DNA from: Candidatus Tectiglobus diatomicola
GTDB lineage: Bacteria > Pseudomonadota > Alphaproteobacteria > Rhizobiales > Hyphomicrobiaceae
Length of the DNA: 64,000 nucleotides
Reading direction: 5' to 3'
Assembly: GCA_039583345.1 (NCBI GenBank)
Contig: JAZDSJ010000006.1
Location: 45,654-109,653 of the forward strand
Program-made: the position numbers and the translations under genes
In this document: piece by piece, positions 62,999-64,000 of the stretch
Position numbering within the stretch: the first letter of the stretch is position 1
Layout: each line of letters starts with the position of its first letter
Notes under the pieces: model-generated
The model's input: only the letters and a program-made list of their open reading frames with translations
Databases searched by the model: none
Told to the model about the DNA's origin: nothing

Positions 62999-64000
62999 AT
63001 GTTTATAATAACTCATTTGCGTAGGTATCCAATATTGAAATCCTGGAAATTGATATCTTATGGCACATCCCTGATATGGGTCTCTCTATTTGTGATGTTT
63101 TACATTAATGCAAGTGACATTCAGCAAAATTTAAAAACTATACTTCACTCATCTAAAGTCAATTTCTATTCCATATCTATTCATGACTGGCTTCCTAATT
63201 TCACACAACCATTCATAAGTAAGGTTAGTGCAAATCAAAAAAATGAACTCATAGAGAAACTACGCTCTGAAAAAAGTTATTCTAGAGAAGATTTAGGATC
63301 AGAACTTTTGGCAAATCAACCAACTCGTTCTAATGCCTCAATTAGCACAGAGAAATTAAGTGATAAATTCGAAATGCCAATGGGAACAGGATATACGTGG
63401 CAAGCAAAATTTAAAAATAACCAACTATTTCTTAATGGATATATGCAAAGCGAGAAAGATCGCGATGCACTTATGAGCGCTGCAAAAAATGCATTCGCAA
63501 ATAACCCTATATTTAACAAAGTCACAATTAAAACTGGTGCCCCTTCTGGTTGGCTTGAAACTGCAATTCTCGCACTTGATTATCTAGCGATGCTCGAAGA
63601 AGGATTAACTTCATTAAAAATAAACACATTAAACTTTTCTGGCCTCGTAAAACACCAAGAATCAGCAGAACTCATTAAAAGTGCGCTACAAAATAAACTT
63701 CAACCAACATACAAATTTTATCATAACATCAAATTCAAAAAAGCTACTATTCCAATTGTAAGTCCATTCAGGAGTACTATAGATTTTCATAACGGTGTTC
63801 TTCAACTTAGTGGATATATTCCTAGTGTAGAGTTGCAAAATCGCATTATTGAACATATTAAAGCAAAGTATCCTGAAACTGTAATTGTGAATAGTATGAC
63901 CTTTGCTGAAGAAGCCCCGGAAGGCTGGCTTAATTGCATTTTAGCTGGTTTGGATAGTTTGCTCAAACTTGAACATGGTAGAGTGACAATTATCGACAGT
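62999..64000 (+). CDS. membrane-anchored envelope protein with internal ~120-aa repeats (5' part only; continues beyond the window)
   Basis: Not in the ORF track because it never terminates. From ATG 62999 there are 334 sense codons to the window edge, in an AT-rich context. N-terminal hydrophobic segment SLIWVSLFVMFYI. Two copies of a module: NNQLFLNGYMQS...TGAPSGWLETAILALDYLAMLEEG and NGVLQLSGYIPS...EEAPEGWLNCILAGLDSLLKLEHG. Confidence 0.65.
   Translation, partial: MFIITHLRRYPILKSWKLISYGTSLIWVSLFVMFYINASDIQQNLKTILHSSKVNFYSISIHDWLPNFTQPFISKVSANQKNELIEKLRSEKSYSREDLGSELLANQPTRSNASISTEKLSDKFEMPMGTGYTWQAKFKNNQLFLNGYMQSEKDRDALMSAAKNAFANNPIFNKVTIKTGAPSGWLETAILALDYLAMLEEGLTSLKINTLNFSGLVKHQESAELIKSALQNKLQPTYKFYHNIKFKKATIPIVSPFRSTIDFHNGVLQLSGYIPSVELQNRIIEHIKAKYPETVIVNSMTFAEEAPEGWLNCILAGLDSLLKLEHGRVTIIDS

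Overview
AT-rich chromosomal segment from a genome-reduced alphaproteobacterium. The synteny blocks rpsT-dnaA-dnaN-recF-gyrB, folA-hflK-hflC-DUF2065, hisS-hisZ-hisG and lysC-[dead ptsP]-prfA-prmC-DUF4167 look Rhizobiales-like, but the exact taxon cannot be fixed from sequence alone. I call 46 CDSs (one runs off the 3' edge), one tRNA-Arg(CCG), three rho-independent terminators and three decayed genes: purA (certain), ptsP and ppx (motif-supported). The intact genes are core functions: polA, an AceE/AceF/lipoyl-Lpd pyruvate dehydrogenase operon, dapE, dut, rlmE, aroE, aroQ, an ABC-F ATPase, hisS/Z/G, folA, hflKC, psd, coaBC, the dnaA region, prfA/prmC, lysC, ubiG, metY and msrB. There is also a 10-gene, 7.6-kb Mrp/Mbh-like cation/proton antiporter cluster. 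By my tally only about 72 percent of the window is intact coding sequence. The rest is 0.3-1.9 kb very AT-rich spacers, several of which are recognisable gene relics at their ancestral positions. I saw no rRNA, CRISPR, transposase, integrase, phage, toxin-antitoxin or defence genes, and I do not see a convincing brand-new multi-gene system. The most unusual items are: (1) ongoing gene decay that has killed purA, ptsP and ppx while amino-acid and cofactor biosynthesis stays intact; (2) the non-canonical Mrp cluster (E-F-G-DUF4040-B-C-D-D-small-D order); (3) a beta/gamma-proteobacterial-style PDH operon whose lpd ORF carries an in-frame degenerate extra lipoyl-like segment; (4) a MoeB/ThiF-like E1 enzyme that has lost its zinc-site and conserved cysteines; (5) a tRNA-Arg(CCG) with three mismatched stem pairs. 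All homology statements come from reading motifs by eye. None has been checked by database search.
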